DNA of 51,626 nt, the filler included, from Sphacelaria rigidula (Eukaryota), in assembly GCA_964200075.2 (NCBI GenBank). It is 3 parts of 3 records of this genome, joined end to end, with 100 filler letters (N's around TTAATTAATTAA, not from the genome) between each part and the next. Parts side by side here need not be neighbours in the genome. Positions count along the whole stretch, not along the records: positions 17,247 to 34,386 come from CAXNAA020001157.1; 2 more parts are not named here. One strand, written 5' to 3'. The position numbers and the translations under genes were made by a program. Below are positions 19,925 through 32,512 of this stretch, piece by piece. Each line of letters starts with the position of its first letter. Position 1 is the first letter of the stretch. The notes beneath the pieces were generated by a model. That model worked only from the letters and a program-made list of their open reading frames with translations. It was not told the origin of the DNA and did not search any database.

Positions 19925-21440
19925 AGGTGCGCCTTCAACTCTCATACCTCAAAACTGAACTACATTTGAATATGCACGCGGAGTTGGTGAAACACGACAA
20001 GGAACCGTTTTTTTCTCCGATTTCTTCAGGCACCAATCGATAGCATATGTAGTAGCACCCATGTCAACAGGAGAGAAAAAATAATGTCATTTCGTCGTAC
20101 AGCCGAGCATAAAAGAGGATTCTCGCCTCACCCGCCGCTGTGCCGTATTAACCCTTTTGGGACCGGGCCTCCCGAACGACCAATGAGGCTGGTTACGAAT
20201 GACGTGTCTGGCGTCTGCACGAAACAGTGGCGTGTTGCTGAGAATCCGCCTTTGTAACCGCAGGGTTATGATGAAGACCGAAAGTTTCATCCATTCTATT
20301 TTCAGGTGCAGAGTGCGCATCAGGTAGTGTACATTTGATGTAGCAAGCAGTATGGGTCGCGATAGAGATATTCCAACAGGATGCGTCCACCGGCGGGTCG
20401 CCCGCCACTTGTGGCTTTTGATTACACTTTTGTCCCCATCACCTTGCCACACAGCCCTTTGTGGTCGGGGTGGGCCGGCATTTCCCCCCTTTGTTGCATG
20501 CGGCAAATTATCCTCGAAGGTTATCAGCGTTGCGGCGCGCATGCATGCAACAGTATAGTACAGTACAAGGTAGTACGCCTCTCCGACTTAAGCAGCACCT
20601 GCCGCGGCATCTCCCTTACACGTTCTGGGCAATTCTCAGCTACCGAGATCAACTGCCTATATATCGCTTCTCCATCCCCGCCCTCTACATGTTAACTGCA
20701 CACTGCAAGTCATCGGCATAAGCAGACTTCATTACGGTAGCTCCTTTTGTCTTTCCACGACCAAGAAGTAGTGCTTTGTGAAAATGATCACATGGTGCAA
20801 TGTACACTCCTTCCCGTTTTTTTCCTCTCCACCCTGTGTTGGTTCTGTTCCAACGTTTTAGTATAGAACCAGAGACCCCCCGGAAAAACTCGGGAACGCT
20901 ACGCTGAACGCAAGTAGTACCATAATTCCAAGTTCCGACCGCCCTGCACTTGGAAACCTGGGAAGGTTTATCTGCGCCAGGGATAGGGCCCCCACACGAT
21001 CTTTGCAGTGGCATCACACTCGCCAACAATCCCCACGCCGGTCGTCCGGGTCTGATCGATAAATTTTGCCTCCCCGTGGTTGGGCAGGTCGCTCGAAGAT
21101 TTTTTTTTTACCAACACAGAGTCAACCCTGTAATAGTGGGGGGTCGGTTCCAAATGGATTAACGCCAAAAAAGATCACGATACATTCGAAGCCCACGGTT
21201 CTGGTCACCCCCCAGTACCTTGCGGAAGCCGTTGTGATGGCAGCAGCGCCCGCTCGCCACAACCACCGCCCGCGACCATGCGCACCCGCAGAATCGAACC
21301 TGTCACTTTTTTCGCCATTGACAAACGCAACGACCAAACCTAGCGCACAATGACCGCCACTAGAAAGACTTCTCAGTTTCGAGTTTACCCGCAATTCCCA
21401 CCATCTCGAGAACTTGCCCCAACCACCCCGCCCCATCAAC
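19925..21440 (+). repeat. Copy A of an unclassified decayed element, split by a piggyBac-like insert
   Basis: 19925-20147 aligns with the reverse complement of ~26340-26515, and 21198-21440 aligns with the reverse complement of ~22968-23059 and ~22520-22693. Confidence 0.6.
20152..21158. mobile_element. Non-autonomous piggyBac-like element
   Basis: TTAA|CCCTTTTGGGACCG ... CGGTTCCAAATGGA|TTAA (TTAA at 20148-20151 and 21159-21162). The homologous copy B lacks this segment. Confidence 0.7.
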
Positions 21441-23070
21441 CTGAAAGCGAACCATCAAAACTTCTCGCTGCGCACGGGAAAATAGGTGGTGATGCTGTAT
21501 TGTCCGGCAAATTGAAGAGGAACGAGAACAAAAGTGTTGGGGAGAAGGGTCAGCACAAATTAATTATCCTCTCCGTTCGTGTTTCCCCCGTGATGTCTGC
21601 CGAGCTTGTCGCCTGTTGCAAGTGAGGTTGACATCCGTTGCTCGTCGAATTTGTCATATCTTGTAATGTGACTGTCAACCCTCGAACCGAATATTTCTCC
21701 GTGACATGAAGGGTTGGGGTCAACTGTATTCATCTCCGGTCACAAGCCAAGATCGGAGAATGCACAGAGAAAAACAAATATTGAGTAAATTCTTCCGAGC
21801 AGTTCTGATTTTTTTTTTCTAGCAAGGATCTGTCGATGACTTTATATTTCCGATCTCCTGCTTAACTTGTGATCGCTCGGATCGTACAGGCCAATCATCG
21901 GCGCGCTACATGAATGGCATCTACAGGTCGTGACGGGACTGTTATTACCCACCAACCGCCGTAATACAAGTAACCAGCCGAACAAGAAAACGGGGGTATC
22001 GTGTTATGAGTTGTTCCCAAGGCGGGTTCCATACGAGTCATTTAGCCTACTTCTAACAGTTGCAGTGCTAGAGCGTGTGGATCACTACAGCAGCGCCGCA
22101 AGATGCAAACGTTCGTTTTGAGCAAATCGGTGATGATGGGCATCTTGTTGTTGGTGCACCCGTGTAACCAACCCTCACCGAATTGCACACTCTTGTAACC
22201 ATCAACCCCCAAAACCTAAGCGACCCGAAGAAAACCGAGAACCCTCGGGAGTGGGGGGTTCAGAGAGAGGGTGCCTTGGGCACTGTGCGTTGGCAACCGG
22301 CACCGCAGGCAACAAATATGAGCACAAAGACGTGCTGCGCAGGCTGGCGAGCCCCTAGAACTATCAGCCCCCAAAATGTCTGAGTATATTCATCCACGCC
22401 AAAACCAAGCGTTTCGTCTGTCCTTGAAAAATGCGACTGGGTGGAGTCACTGTACCATCCGGAGATGGATTAACGCGAATACTCTTCCCGCACCGGCATA
22501 ATGGGCTTTGCGCATTCACCCTGGTTGGGCTTGGATGATTGATGTTAGTTCTTGAGGTGCATGTCGTTGACATGAATTGCGTGCAAACACGGAACTCAGA
22601 AGTCCCTTTACGGGCGGTGGTCGTTCGCCAGGTTTGGTAATTGTGTTTGTCAACGGCGAAACAGGGGGTAAAGTGTTCTATTTTGTGGGTGCGAATGAAT
22701 GCGGGCTGTAGACTCTAGCCACCATTGTCAACTAAGGTTAGGGACATTGTATAGGTGGAGTTGCGGGTCTGATTGCCGGACGCTGTGATGAGTGACCTCC
22801 ATGACCAGTAGGTTCGTTTTTGCTACTCTGGTGGAGAGAGACTATGGTCCTGTTCTCCTGTACTTTGCTGAGGGTTGAAACATGAATAACTAAAGCTGCT
22901 GAAGTCCATGTGCCCGTGATGGGAGGAGTTCACATGGCAATCTGATCTTGAGTGACGGAGGTCTATAGGGCGGTGGTTGTGGCGAGCGAGCGCTGCTACC
23001 AGGAAATGTACGAGGGTAGTCCTGGTAGCCTTTGCAAGGTACTGGGCGGTGACCAGAACTTGTACTATTC

Positions 23071-26000
23071 CACACCCTGTACAATACAATACATGATATA
23101 TGTTGCCCGTTCAATATGTCGACGCGTCGGGTGGTCAAATATATATTGGGCGAGCAATTTGATGGCACGAGAGAGGGTCAATATATATATATATTGTGCC
23201 ATCAATATGTCAAGGCTAGTGACATGCAATATATATCGACCGAACAATATATCACGACACGCGCCACCTCAAAATATATTGGCCGAGTAATATGTTGGTG
23301 CGAGAAGGCACCAATATATATTTGTCGAGGAGTGTATTGACTGCCGAACGAGGTCAATAAATGTTGATGATTCAATATAGTCAACGCCCGAAGCGCCAAT
23401 ATATATCGCTGCCCTACCATGTGCGTGAGTGCGTCCAATATATATTGGGCGGGCAATACACGAGGGAACCGACGGTCACAATACATACTGGTGTAACAAA
23501 ATATTTTGATTCCCAGCATGTAGATTGGAAAGTGTATTGGAATTAGTGTTGTGGGCAGTTCTATGTTCGTGGGCGCCATTCAAAGATCTATTTTACATGC
23601 CGAAAATGCTCAATATATTCCTCCACAAGCGTGTTCAATATATATTGGTTGCACAATAGCTATGTGATGAGCGTGCGCAAAATATATTGGAAAAACAATA
23701 TGCATGGTTCGCGTTCAATTTGAATTATGGTAACAAAATGCTGCGCATCGCTTCGACTCAATATATATGAACCCTTTTGGAACCCTCCCCTCCTGTCCCC
23801 TGGCCAAACGCTTTATTATGAGAAGCCCTGCCGAAGAGGGAAACATGGAAGCAGAATAGGCCGACGGCAACCATTTTTATAATGGAAGCCCGAAGAAGAA
23901 TGTCCTCCCCGGAGAATTTGGGTAAGGTTTGTCCAATCATACCACGCAACGGATGAAGTGTGTCCAATTATATCCATCGACAATAATTAGCAAAAACACT
24001 ATGAATCATTCCATTAAAAAAATAGCAATGGGCTCCAGGGCCCAACCTGGCACGTTTGTATATTAGCATTTGTACATACGGGAAGCACCGCTTTGACGGG
24101 CTGCAGCATCGGATGGCGAGTTTGCCAAGCCACACCGTACATACAGCATAGTATGGCTGAACCCAGCGAAATCCCGTCACCACTTGTGGAAGGCATAGTG
24201 GGTTGTGCGGGCGGTACATGGCGGGCGTAATCGCAGGCGTCCGAACAGGCGATATACATGTTCACGGGAGGGAGCCAACGGACACCGCCGACCGTAATCA
24301 GGCCAGATGAAAAACACTCCAGTCAGTAAATACAGTAGGTTACAGTATTGACTTGCTGCCACACTCCGTGCAAGATAAATATGGGCATGTCGTGAAATGT
24401 CGGCCACGAGAGTAGACGGCACGAGACGATAGCGGTAGCCGGCGTCATGACTCTCATGCAGCATGAAGTATGTCTGTGCAACGGTCGGGAACGATCAACC
24501 CGCGGAATAGATGTGGTGGGGCAACTGTGCCTTTCGCCACGCCGTTGTGTAATAGTCAGCCCGAAGTGTGATGTTGTCGGCACGTACTTGGTAGAGCGCA
24601 GTTCTGTGCGTGCCCCGCGTTTCACAGAGATATTTTCAAAATACAAAACAGACATGACACGAAGCAGTAAGGTATCACCCCTGGGGCGACGGCACTTGGT
24701 AGACTCTACACCACAGTGACGGTGCATAACTGCAGGGCACATAGCGTCTGCGTCGCCTTTACCCATTTTTCAAAGGGCGGGATGGTGCTGTCGGAACGTG
24801 CACGAGCGCGATGTTGTGCATGACGTGATTCTGCAGTCGAGATTACCCCAAACTGCTTTGAACACGCCCAGTACTGTACAGGGCAGTGTCGCAGCACTCC
24901 CGGCGGCACGGAAAGGTGACTGCCTGGGATTTTACTACACCGTCAGTTCATACATTTAGCGAAAGTGCCATCGGCGTTGCCCTTGTTGCTATGACACTGC
25001 AAAGAGTATAGACTGCAGCGGGCAGGGCGTGCAGGTCAGGCGGGAAGCACGCTTCACAGAGGTCTGCCGCGCACTGTGGCCGGAGAAGGAGCTCATGAGT
25101 ATAGACAAAAACGCCGACGGGTCGCAGCAAGAAAATAGGAAGCCTTCTCTTGTTCCACTTGTCACTCATACGGGTCTGAAAAATACGCATTTGGCCAAAA
25201 TTGTTGCGTCCAAGCTGTGAACCATCAACCATATCTTGCTCGAAAACCGTCAATTGCAAATGATCAATTTTCCATTGTGAGTTCCAAAAGGGTTCACACT
25301 TCAATACATACACACACGGTCGGCATGCACAATATATATTAAATGTTTTATTCCTTAAGCAATGCATGCCCAATATATATTGTCATACATTACTTCATGA
25401 TCATGACACGAGTAATATATGTTGATGCTTCAATGTCTCCGAGGACATCTCAACACAATATATATACTTCGCATTAAAAGGACAATATTTGCGCTGGCTC
25501 CAATACGAAGTATTGGTATCATATTGGAGCATATCGTATTGTCGAGGGTATGAGCAACACCGCCCCGGTGAACACAGGGGTACCAAAAGGCGCATATCGA
25601 CCCGCGTTTTCAGTCATCGTGATGTTTAGCCAAGATATATTAATTAGATATTGGGAAGGAGATGGGCGGCTCCGCACCGGTGGCCAGATAGGTATCAGGA
25701 GGCATATTTACCGGGTCGCCTCTTCTGTCACCATATTTTCTGACCAGTATATATATATATATATATGCCAACCGCATTCGACAACTCTCTGTTGTAATGC
25801 ACACGAACTTCTGCGGCTCCCTTTGAAGCTGTTCCCAATCTGCACGGGCTCCGGCACCCATCGCGTCTGGATCTTTCTTGAAGCGTACACCATACTTTTA
25901 ATATCCAATATATATTGACCGACCAATACATCAGCACCCACGCTGCCCCAATAAATATTGACCTTTCAATATGTTCTCACCAATGCGACCCTAATATATA

Positions 26001-26284
26001 TTCATCCTGTAATATGCTGTCGCCCACGCTGCCCCAATATATATTGATGGGACAATATGTTTTCAACCCCACTGTACCAATATATATATTGGGCGGGCAA
26101 TATGTATGCAGTCCCACATCAATATATATATATATATATATACATATATATATTGGGTGCACAATACGTGTGCAGTACAAGGGTACCAATATATATATAT
26201 ATATATTACGCAGGCAATATATCGCAAAATCCCAATATGATGGACTAATATGTATTGAAAACATTTTGTTTTGTCCAGGGTGTG
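23071..26284. mobile_element. Non-autonomous TIR transposon with 8-bp TSD (hAT/P-type), copy 1
   Basis: Ends CACACCCTGTACAATACAAT and TTTTGTTTTGTCCAGGGTGTG, with perfect TSD TACTATTC (23063-23070, 26285-26292). Collinear with 30837-32512 apart from a 1.5-kb insert. Confidence 0.9.
23772..25292 (+). mobile_element. Decayed piggyBac-like element nested in copy 1
   Basis: Perfect 12-bp TIR CCCTTTTGGAAC/GTTCCAAAAGGG, absent from copy 2. Faint transposase-like remnants occur in plausible order on the + strand (KPHRTYSIVW, KYGHVV, YVCATV, EIFSKYKTDM, RRCPCC). Confidence 0.7.
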
Positions 26285-26976
26285 TACTATTCAGAAAGGA
26301 TGGCTGCTTCCAGTGTACCATGGGCTTTGTTTGACCTCACTACGGTACAGCGACGGGTAAGGCAAGAACACGATTTTTTTGTTCCTGTTGACGCGGATGC
26401 TACATGTGCCATCGATCGACTTGCCTGAAAAATTCTGAGTGAAATCGGTGTTTTTGTGTTCCGTCAACTCGGCATGATCGTACAAGAACCGTACCGGTAG
26501 AAGAGTTGAAGACACATATTTTCTAATCTGAAGCGCTTGGAGAATTTAGCCATCCGGCGTAAAGCTGCATCTCGCCATACATGGTCGAGGAAAGGTGTCA
26601 CATGTTCATCTCATTCATTCTGCTGTGCGTGCTGAAATCTTGGTGCTGAAGTAATGGCATGTACTGGTGCGATGGCTGCTGTTTTGCTACGACGAGATGT
26701 CATTTCATATCAGTCATCGTGCCTGAAGTATAAGTCGCCGTGATGCGCTGTATGTGTATTACAACGGTATTTTTCCATGAAGGCGTTCTCTTTCTGCCAA
26801 AAGTGAACATTTCCAAACCCTTGTCGAAGGGCCCTTCAACTTAGCGTCCAACCAGGGGTCTGGGCAGTGAAAGAGTTACTCGCTTCGAAATTATCCCCCC
26901 CCCATCCCCGAATCATACGCCGCATTATTTTTTGGACATTCATGGTTTGTGAGGAAGAGCAGAGAAAACGTTCTTG

Positions 26977-27422
26977 AGGGCTTTTCACGGGACGGCGGGA
27001 CGGTGCGGGGAGTGTGGCCCTGGAAATTCATCAGGGCAGGACAGGGCGGGACGGGTACTTTTCCGTCGCCTGAAACAACGATGGGGCAGGACGATAATTT
27101 GACATGTTTCCGGGACGTGACGAAACAGGAACTGCGACCCTGAAAAAAAGAAGGAAAGAAACGAATACTTTTCGTTACCTGAACAATAACGGGACGGGGC
27201 AGGAACTTTCCCGCGACCTCAAAACGTGACGAGACGGGGCGGGAACTTCGGGAATATGTATGTCGGAACGAAGAGACCCGACGGGAAATGTATTTCTGAA
27301 CAGTCGTGACAAGGTGATGTGTTGTCTGTTTAGGATCCCTTGTGCCATTGATCATCCTACCAACACAATCCTTACCCTAACCCTGACCCTAACCGGGACG
27401 AAATACACACTATGAACCCTTA
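26977..27422. repeat. GGGACG-rich repeat, probable non-autonomous element, with short CCCTAA-like tract
   Basis: Repeated CGGGAC/GGGACGG motifs and CCTTACCCTAACCCTGACCCTAACC at ~27370-27394. Termini are only weakly inverted. Confidence 0.4.
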
Positions 27423-30400
27423 GGCACAGGAAGGATCACACTCGAGAAAGCCACAGTGCCGAGGAAAGTGTTGCTGCGGCCAACGGGGATCGGGCGCCGC
27501 GTAGCAGTGCCACAAACGAAACGTTGGGTTCACTGACATTGTGAAGCTGCTCGGGTGTAATTCGTGATTCTGCCCTGGAGGGGTCAGAGCAACTCTGTCC
27601 AACAGTAATGTTGGCACTCTCAGGGTGAAGTATAACCGGATGTTTTGGTTTATGCCAGCCATGACTTCGGGTTCTGCAACCCATTATCATTTTATAATTG
27701 TATGGAAAAAGTAAATCCTCTCGTGCTGTACTGTCTACACTACTCACGATGTATGGGAGCAATGACCGCCCGGTACCGTTAGTCAACCAACGGACACAAA
27801 TTATTCTGGTGTGGCTGATTGTGTCTTGTTCATCAAACGATACTCGTTCCGAGAGTCAGGTTGTCTGCATATCAACCCCGGCTTGTTGGCGGTGATGTCT
27901 GTTTCAGAGGGTGAGTTATCTCTGTCTAGATGGCGAGAATAAGCCCGCGTGTATCCCATGATGCATGCACTTGATGGGATTAGGCGATCCATTGCACAGT
28001 GTGTGCAAGGATTGAAAAATTGCAGCAATTATGACCCCTAGGTGATTGATGCGGGCCCATCTCTCCTCAATGTTTCGAGTCCAACCTCTCGAACCTTGGT
28101 CGAGGAATCGCCGGAAACATTTTTTGTCTACAGTGATAAGACCAGCCTGTACCCCTCCTTGACTGCGGCTCCTCTTTTATGTTGCACCCCGATGTATATG
28201 GCCGCCGCGCCAAGGGGTATACAGCATGTGACTTGGCGCATTAGGAGAGTGGTAGTAGTGAACTCATGCATTCCGCAATTGGTTTCTATGACCGCTCGAG
28301 AGAGCGCGTGTAGCTCACCTGGCAACGCATTGACGGTGGGCATGATGTACAGTGGCGACAGGTTCATGGCGCTTGAGCCGTAGCTGAGAGCTCTTGACCA
28401 CGACGTACGCGCTCCCTCTGTAGAGGGGTTCGTGGTGTGTGTGAGCGTGCGCGGAGAGAACAAAAAAATCCACCTGACGGAGCTGTTTACTCTCCGCGTG
28501 CGACCGGTTGATGGAGCAACGGTGGTGAGCACATGAAACGAGAGCACTCATGTCCAGTTTGCCGTCGAAAGCGCCGACAAGTGGGGTGTCCAGATTGTTG
28601 GTGTGCGGTGGAGACTGGGCTTTTTTTCAGACATGCGTCGTCGTCGTTGTGCGTGTTGAAAAAAGTACGTCAATGGAGAGAAAATCTGCGGTTGCCGTGC
28701 TTGCTGTTGCTGTGTGTGTACCGACATGGCGCTGTGAGTAGATGAGGTGCGAAGTGATCTTGGAAGGTGAAATATGAAGAATAAGTACGTGGAACTCGAT
28801 ACATGAGCTTTGTTGTACACACTCGGTGGTACTTGTGACATACGGCTCTCCAGGGGTTGTGTCGTGCTCTCTATACTTGCCTGGCAGGCCATCTCGATAC
28901 CGTTAGTAATTTCGCGTTTTCTAGGTAGGACGGATGGGTTGTTTAATTTTGTAGTGCTGGGTCACTCAGATACTTCCGTATCGCTCCCAACAAACTGACG
29001 GCGATACCAGGCTTTGAAGGAGACTAAACCACGACTGCTATGCTGTCGTGTATGCATGCAAGATGTTTCGCGGGTTTTTGACAGAGTTGCATTACGCACC
29101 TCTGCGCTTATATCTGAGAATCACACATTTGCACAACGATATGGTCCCCATACTCACGAACGAGATGCTGTAAATCCCTACATGTTGCGCTCGTTTCGGA
29201 CAGCAGGAAATGTGTCTACACACTCTTCGCCAACACTTGACCTCGTTGGTTGAGTATTCATCCCGACTTGAACCCCAACTGTACTTTTGCTGTCCGTTCG
29301 TTCCATTCAGAAATTTCATGCGTGAACTTCTTGCTGCCGTCCCGCACTCATCGAAGAGTTTCATCTCATTCGACAAGGCGGTCGGTGAGTACACACGGGC
29401 TCCCGAAGCTACGCCAGACTTCCCACAGTTTTTTGAGGCTCCCTGTTTGCGTGTCAAATCGTAGCGTGATGTGCAGTAGCTCACTATTTGATGATGGCAT
29501 ATGTTGCGGTACCTCACACACATTCTCGAGATGTTTTTAGTATGCAGAAAGTCTTGTTTGAATGCTCTTCAGGCCAAGGCCGTTGACTTGTCCTGCACTT
29601 TGCATGCTCGTACCGTTTCGGATTCCGTCAGTTCGTGGGTAATTGTGTCCATGAGTTTGGTCACTAGGCGCGTTTGTTGGTGTCGTGCACCTTCATGGGC
29701 ATGGGTTTTCAGCCGTCTCTCCTCTCCTGGTCACAGAAGAGAAAGTTGGTAATCAGTTGTGAGACTGCCGACTGCTCTGAACCGTTTTCGTCCATCTTTT
29801 GCGAAGCACTAGTTAGTAGCTGCCTCCAGTGTTGACCTAAACTACAGTATTCGCTGTTTTTCCATTCGTGCTCTGGCGATCATGCTTCCTTTGCAGCGGG
29901 GTTCGTCCACAAGGTCGCCACAAGACACAATGCAGATGTTGTGCACAAGGAACGACCATGTTATAGTTGCCGTTTTTTTCGATGTCAAGACCTGCGTTAC
30001 AACTACCACGGAACACCAAACCTACGTCAGGGATTTTTTGCATCAGGTGAACGGCTTCCCCATGCCTACCGAGCGTATGGTGCCCATACTTGGTTCAATC
30101 TGCAGCATTTGAATGCTATTTGTTTGACACTCGGTCGCAGTTTGTTTCACTCTCTCCTGCAACATCCGACCGCTCGAAAACATAACATCGAATCATTTGT
30201 ATGAGTCCGCCGCGGAGGCGAAGTTGGTGACATTACCACGCGAAGTCATGATTCATATCAATCACCCGAGTGATGTACCGCTTTTTATACACAATCGATC
30301 TTTTTGTTCCTAGTGGGCCGGTTGTTCCCACGCCTCATAGGACTGTGCGTTTAATCGTCCAATGTTTTGTTCAACGAACATGACTGTATTCGTTTGAGAG

Positions 30401-30836
30401 TTGAATGGTGCACACATTTCTCCGTGGGACGGCCACAGCGACCTATGACTTCACTTCCGTCCGTATGTCGTCATCCAGGTCAAGGATTCTTTTTGCGACA
30501 GCTTTCAGAGGCGAGTGGTCTCCCTCAGACCTACGTTGCGTGAGTGCGCTGATGGAAACTCCAATGTGAGCCAGCTATACGTCAGCTTGTCTTGTTGCGG
30601 TGCGAGGAGCATATTTCTACTCGTGCTGTCATGTGAAAGCTTTACGTGCTTCTGACACTTTTACTGCAGGCGATCAAAAGGCAATCTTTCCCGTGGCCAG
30701 CGCAGTATTACGTGCTGCGGAGTCGGCACTTCGTGTCGACGCGATGTGGTTGATAGGTTGCGTTCGATGCTTCAAGTTTTGATGCTGTTCAATTTCGGAG
30801 CATCAAGATATTCCGATAGTACTGGGCAGAAGGTTC

Positions 30837-32512
30837 CACACCCTGGACAATACAATACGTAATATATATTGCCCGCTCAATATAACGACGCGTCGGGTGG
30901 TCAAAATATATTGGGCGAGCAATATGATGGCACGAGAGATGGTCAATATATGTGTTGTCCCATCAATATGTCAAGGCTCGCGGCATGCAATACAAATCGA
31001 CCGAACAATATATATATCACGACACGCACCACCTCAATACATATTGGCCGAGTAATATGTTGGTGCGAGAAGGCACCAATATATATTTGTCGAGTAATAT
31101 ATTGGCTGCCACCTGAGGTTAATATATATTGACGATTCAATATACTCGACACCCGAAGCGTCAATATATATTGCCGCCCCAATATGTCGTGCGTCAATGC
31201 GTGCAATATATATTTGGCGGACAATACATGAGGGAACCGACGGTCACAATACATGTTGGAGCAAAATATAGTGATTTTCAACATGTAGATTGAAAAATGT
31301 ATTGAAATTAGTGTAGTGGACAGTTTTTTGTTCGCGGTCGCCATCCAAAGATGTATTTTACATACCGAAAACGCTCAATGTATTCCTCCGCAAGCTTGTT
31401 GAAAATATAGTTTGGCTGCACAATAGCTATCCGATGAACGTGCGCAATATATATTGGAAAAACAATACTTCTGCATGCTTTGCGTTCAATATATATTATG
31501 TTAACAATATGCTACGCATCGCTTCGACTCAATATATATTGACACTTCGATACACACACGGCTGGCATGCGCATTATATATTGGGTGTTTTATTCCCGGA
31601 GCAACTACATGTCCAATATGTATATTGACATACATCACTTCATGATCATGACACGAGTAATATATGTTGTTGCTTCAATGTCTCCGAGGGTATCTCAACA
31701 CAATATATATATTAAAATGACAATATTTGCGCTGGCTCCAATACAAAGTATTGGTATCATATTGGAACATATCGTATTGTCGAGGGTATAAGCAACACCG
31801 CCCCGGTGAACACAGGGGTACCAAAAGGCGCATCACGACTCGCGATTTCTGTCATCGTGATGTTCAGCCAAGATATATTGATTAGATATTGGGAAGGGGA
31901 TGGGCGGCTCCGCACCGGTGGCCAGTTAGGTATCAGGAGGCATAAATACCAGGTCGCCTCTTCAGTCACCATAATTTCTGACCAGTATATATATATATAT
32001 ATATATATGCCAACCGCATTCGACAACTCTCCGGAGTAATGCACGCGAACTTCTGCGGCTCCCTTTGAAGCTGTTCCCAATCTGCACGGGCTTCGGCACC
32101 CATCGCGTCTGGATCTTTCTTGAAGCGTACACCATACTTCTAACATCAAATATGTATTGACCGGCCAATACATTGGCACCCACGTAGACCCAATATATAT
32201 TGATGGGACAATATGTTCTCACCGATGCGACCCTAATATATATTGGTCGTGCAATATGCTGTCGCCCGTGCTCCCCCAATATATATTGATGGGTCAATGT
32301 GTGTTCAACCCCTCTGTACCAATATATATATATATATATTGGGCGAGCAATATGTATGCAGTCCCCCATCAACATATATTGGGCGCGCAATACGTGTGCA
32401 GTCCAAGGGTACCAATATATTACGCCGGCAGTATATCGCAAAATTCCAATATGATCGACTAAGATATATATATATATATATATAAATAATATATTGTATC
32501 GTCCAGGGTGTG
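30837..32512. mobile_element. Non-autonomous TIR transposon with 8-bp TSD (hAT/P-type), copy 2, 1676 bp
   Basis: TIR CACACCCTGGACAATACAATA / TATTGTATCGTCCAGGGTGTG, perfect TSD GAAGGTTC (30829-30836, 32513-32520), and an interior packed with CAATATATATTG-like motifs. Confidence 0.92.

Larger units (their letters stand above)
22520..26515 (-). repeat. Copy B of the unclassified decayed element, split by the 23071-26284 transposon
   Basis: Segments 26515-26293 and 23070-22520 are collinear with copy A once the inserts are removed. Confidence 0.6.

Noticed and set aside
27370-27394. Telomere
   Set aside because: Only three or four imperfect CCCTAA units, internal to a dispersed repeat.
23071-32512. 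CAATATATATTG repeat-spacer pattern as CRISPR-like memory, and the Y/I-rich ORFs in it
   Set aside because: Spacers are the same in both copies, spacing is irregular, and the arrays are bounded by TIRs and TSDs. The ORFs are translations of TA-rich repeats.
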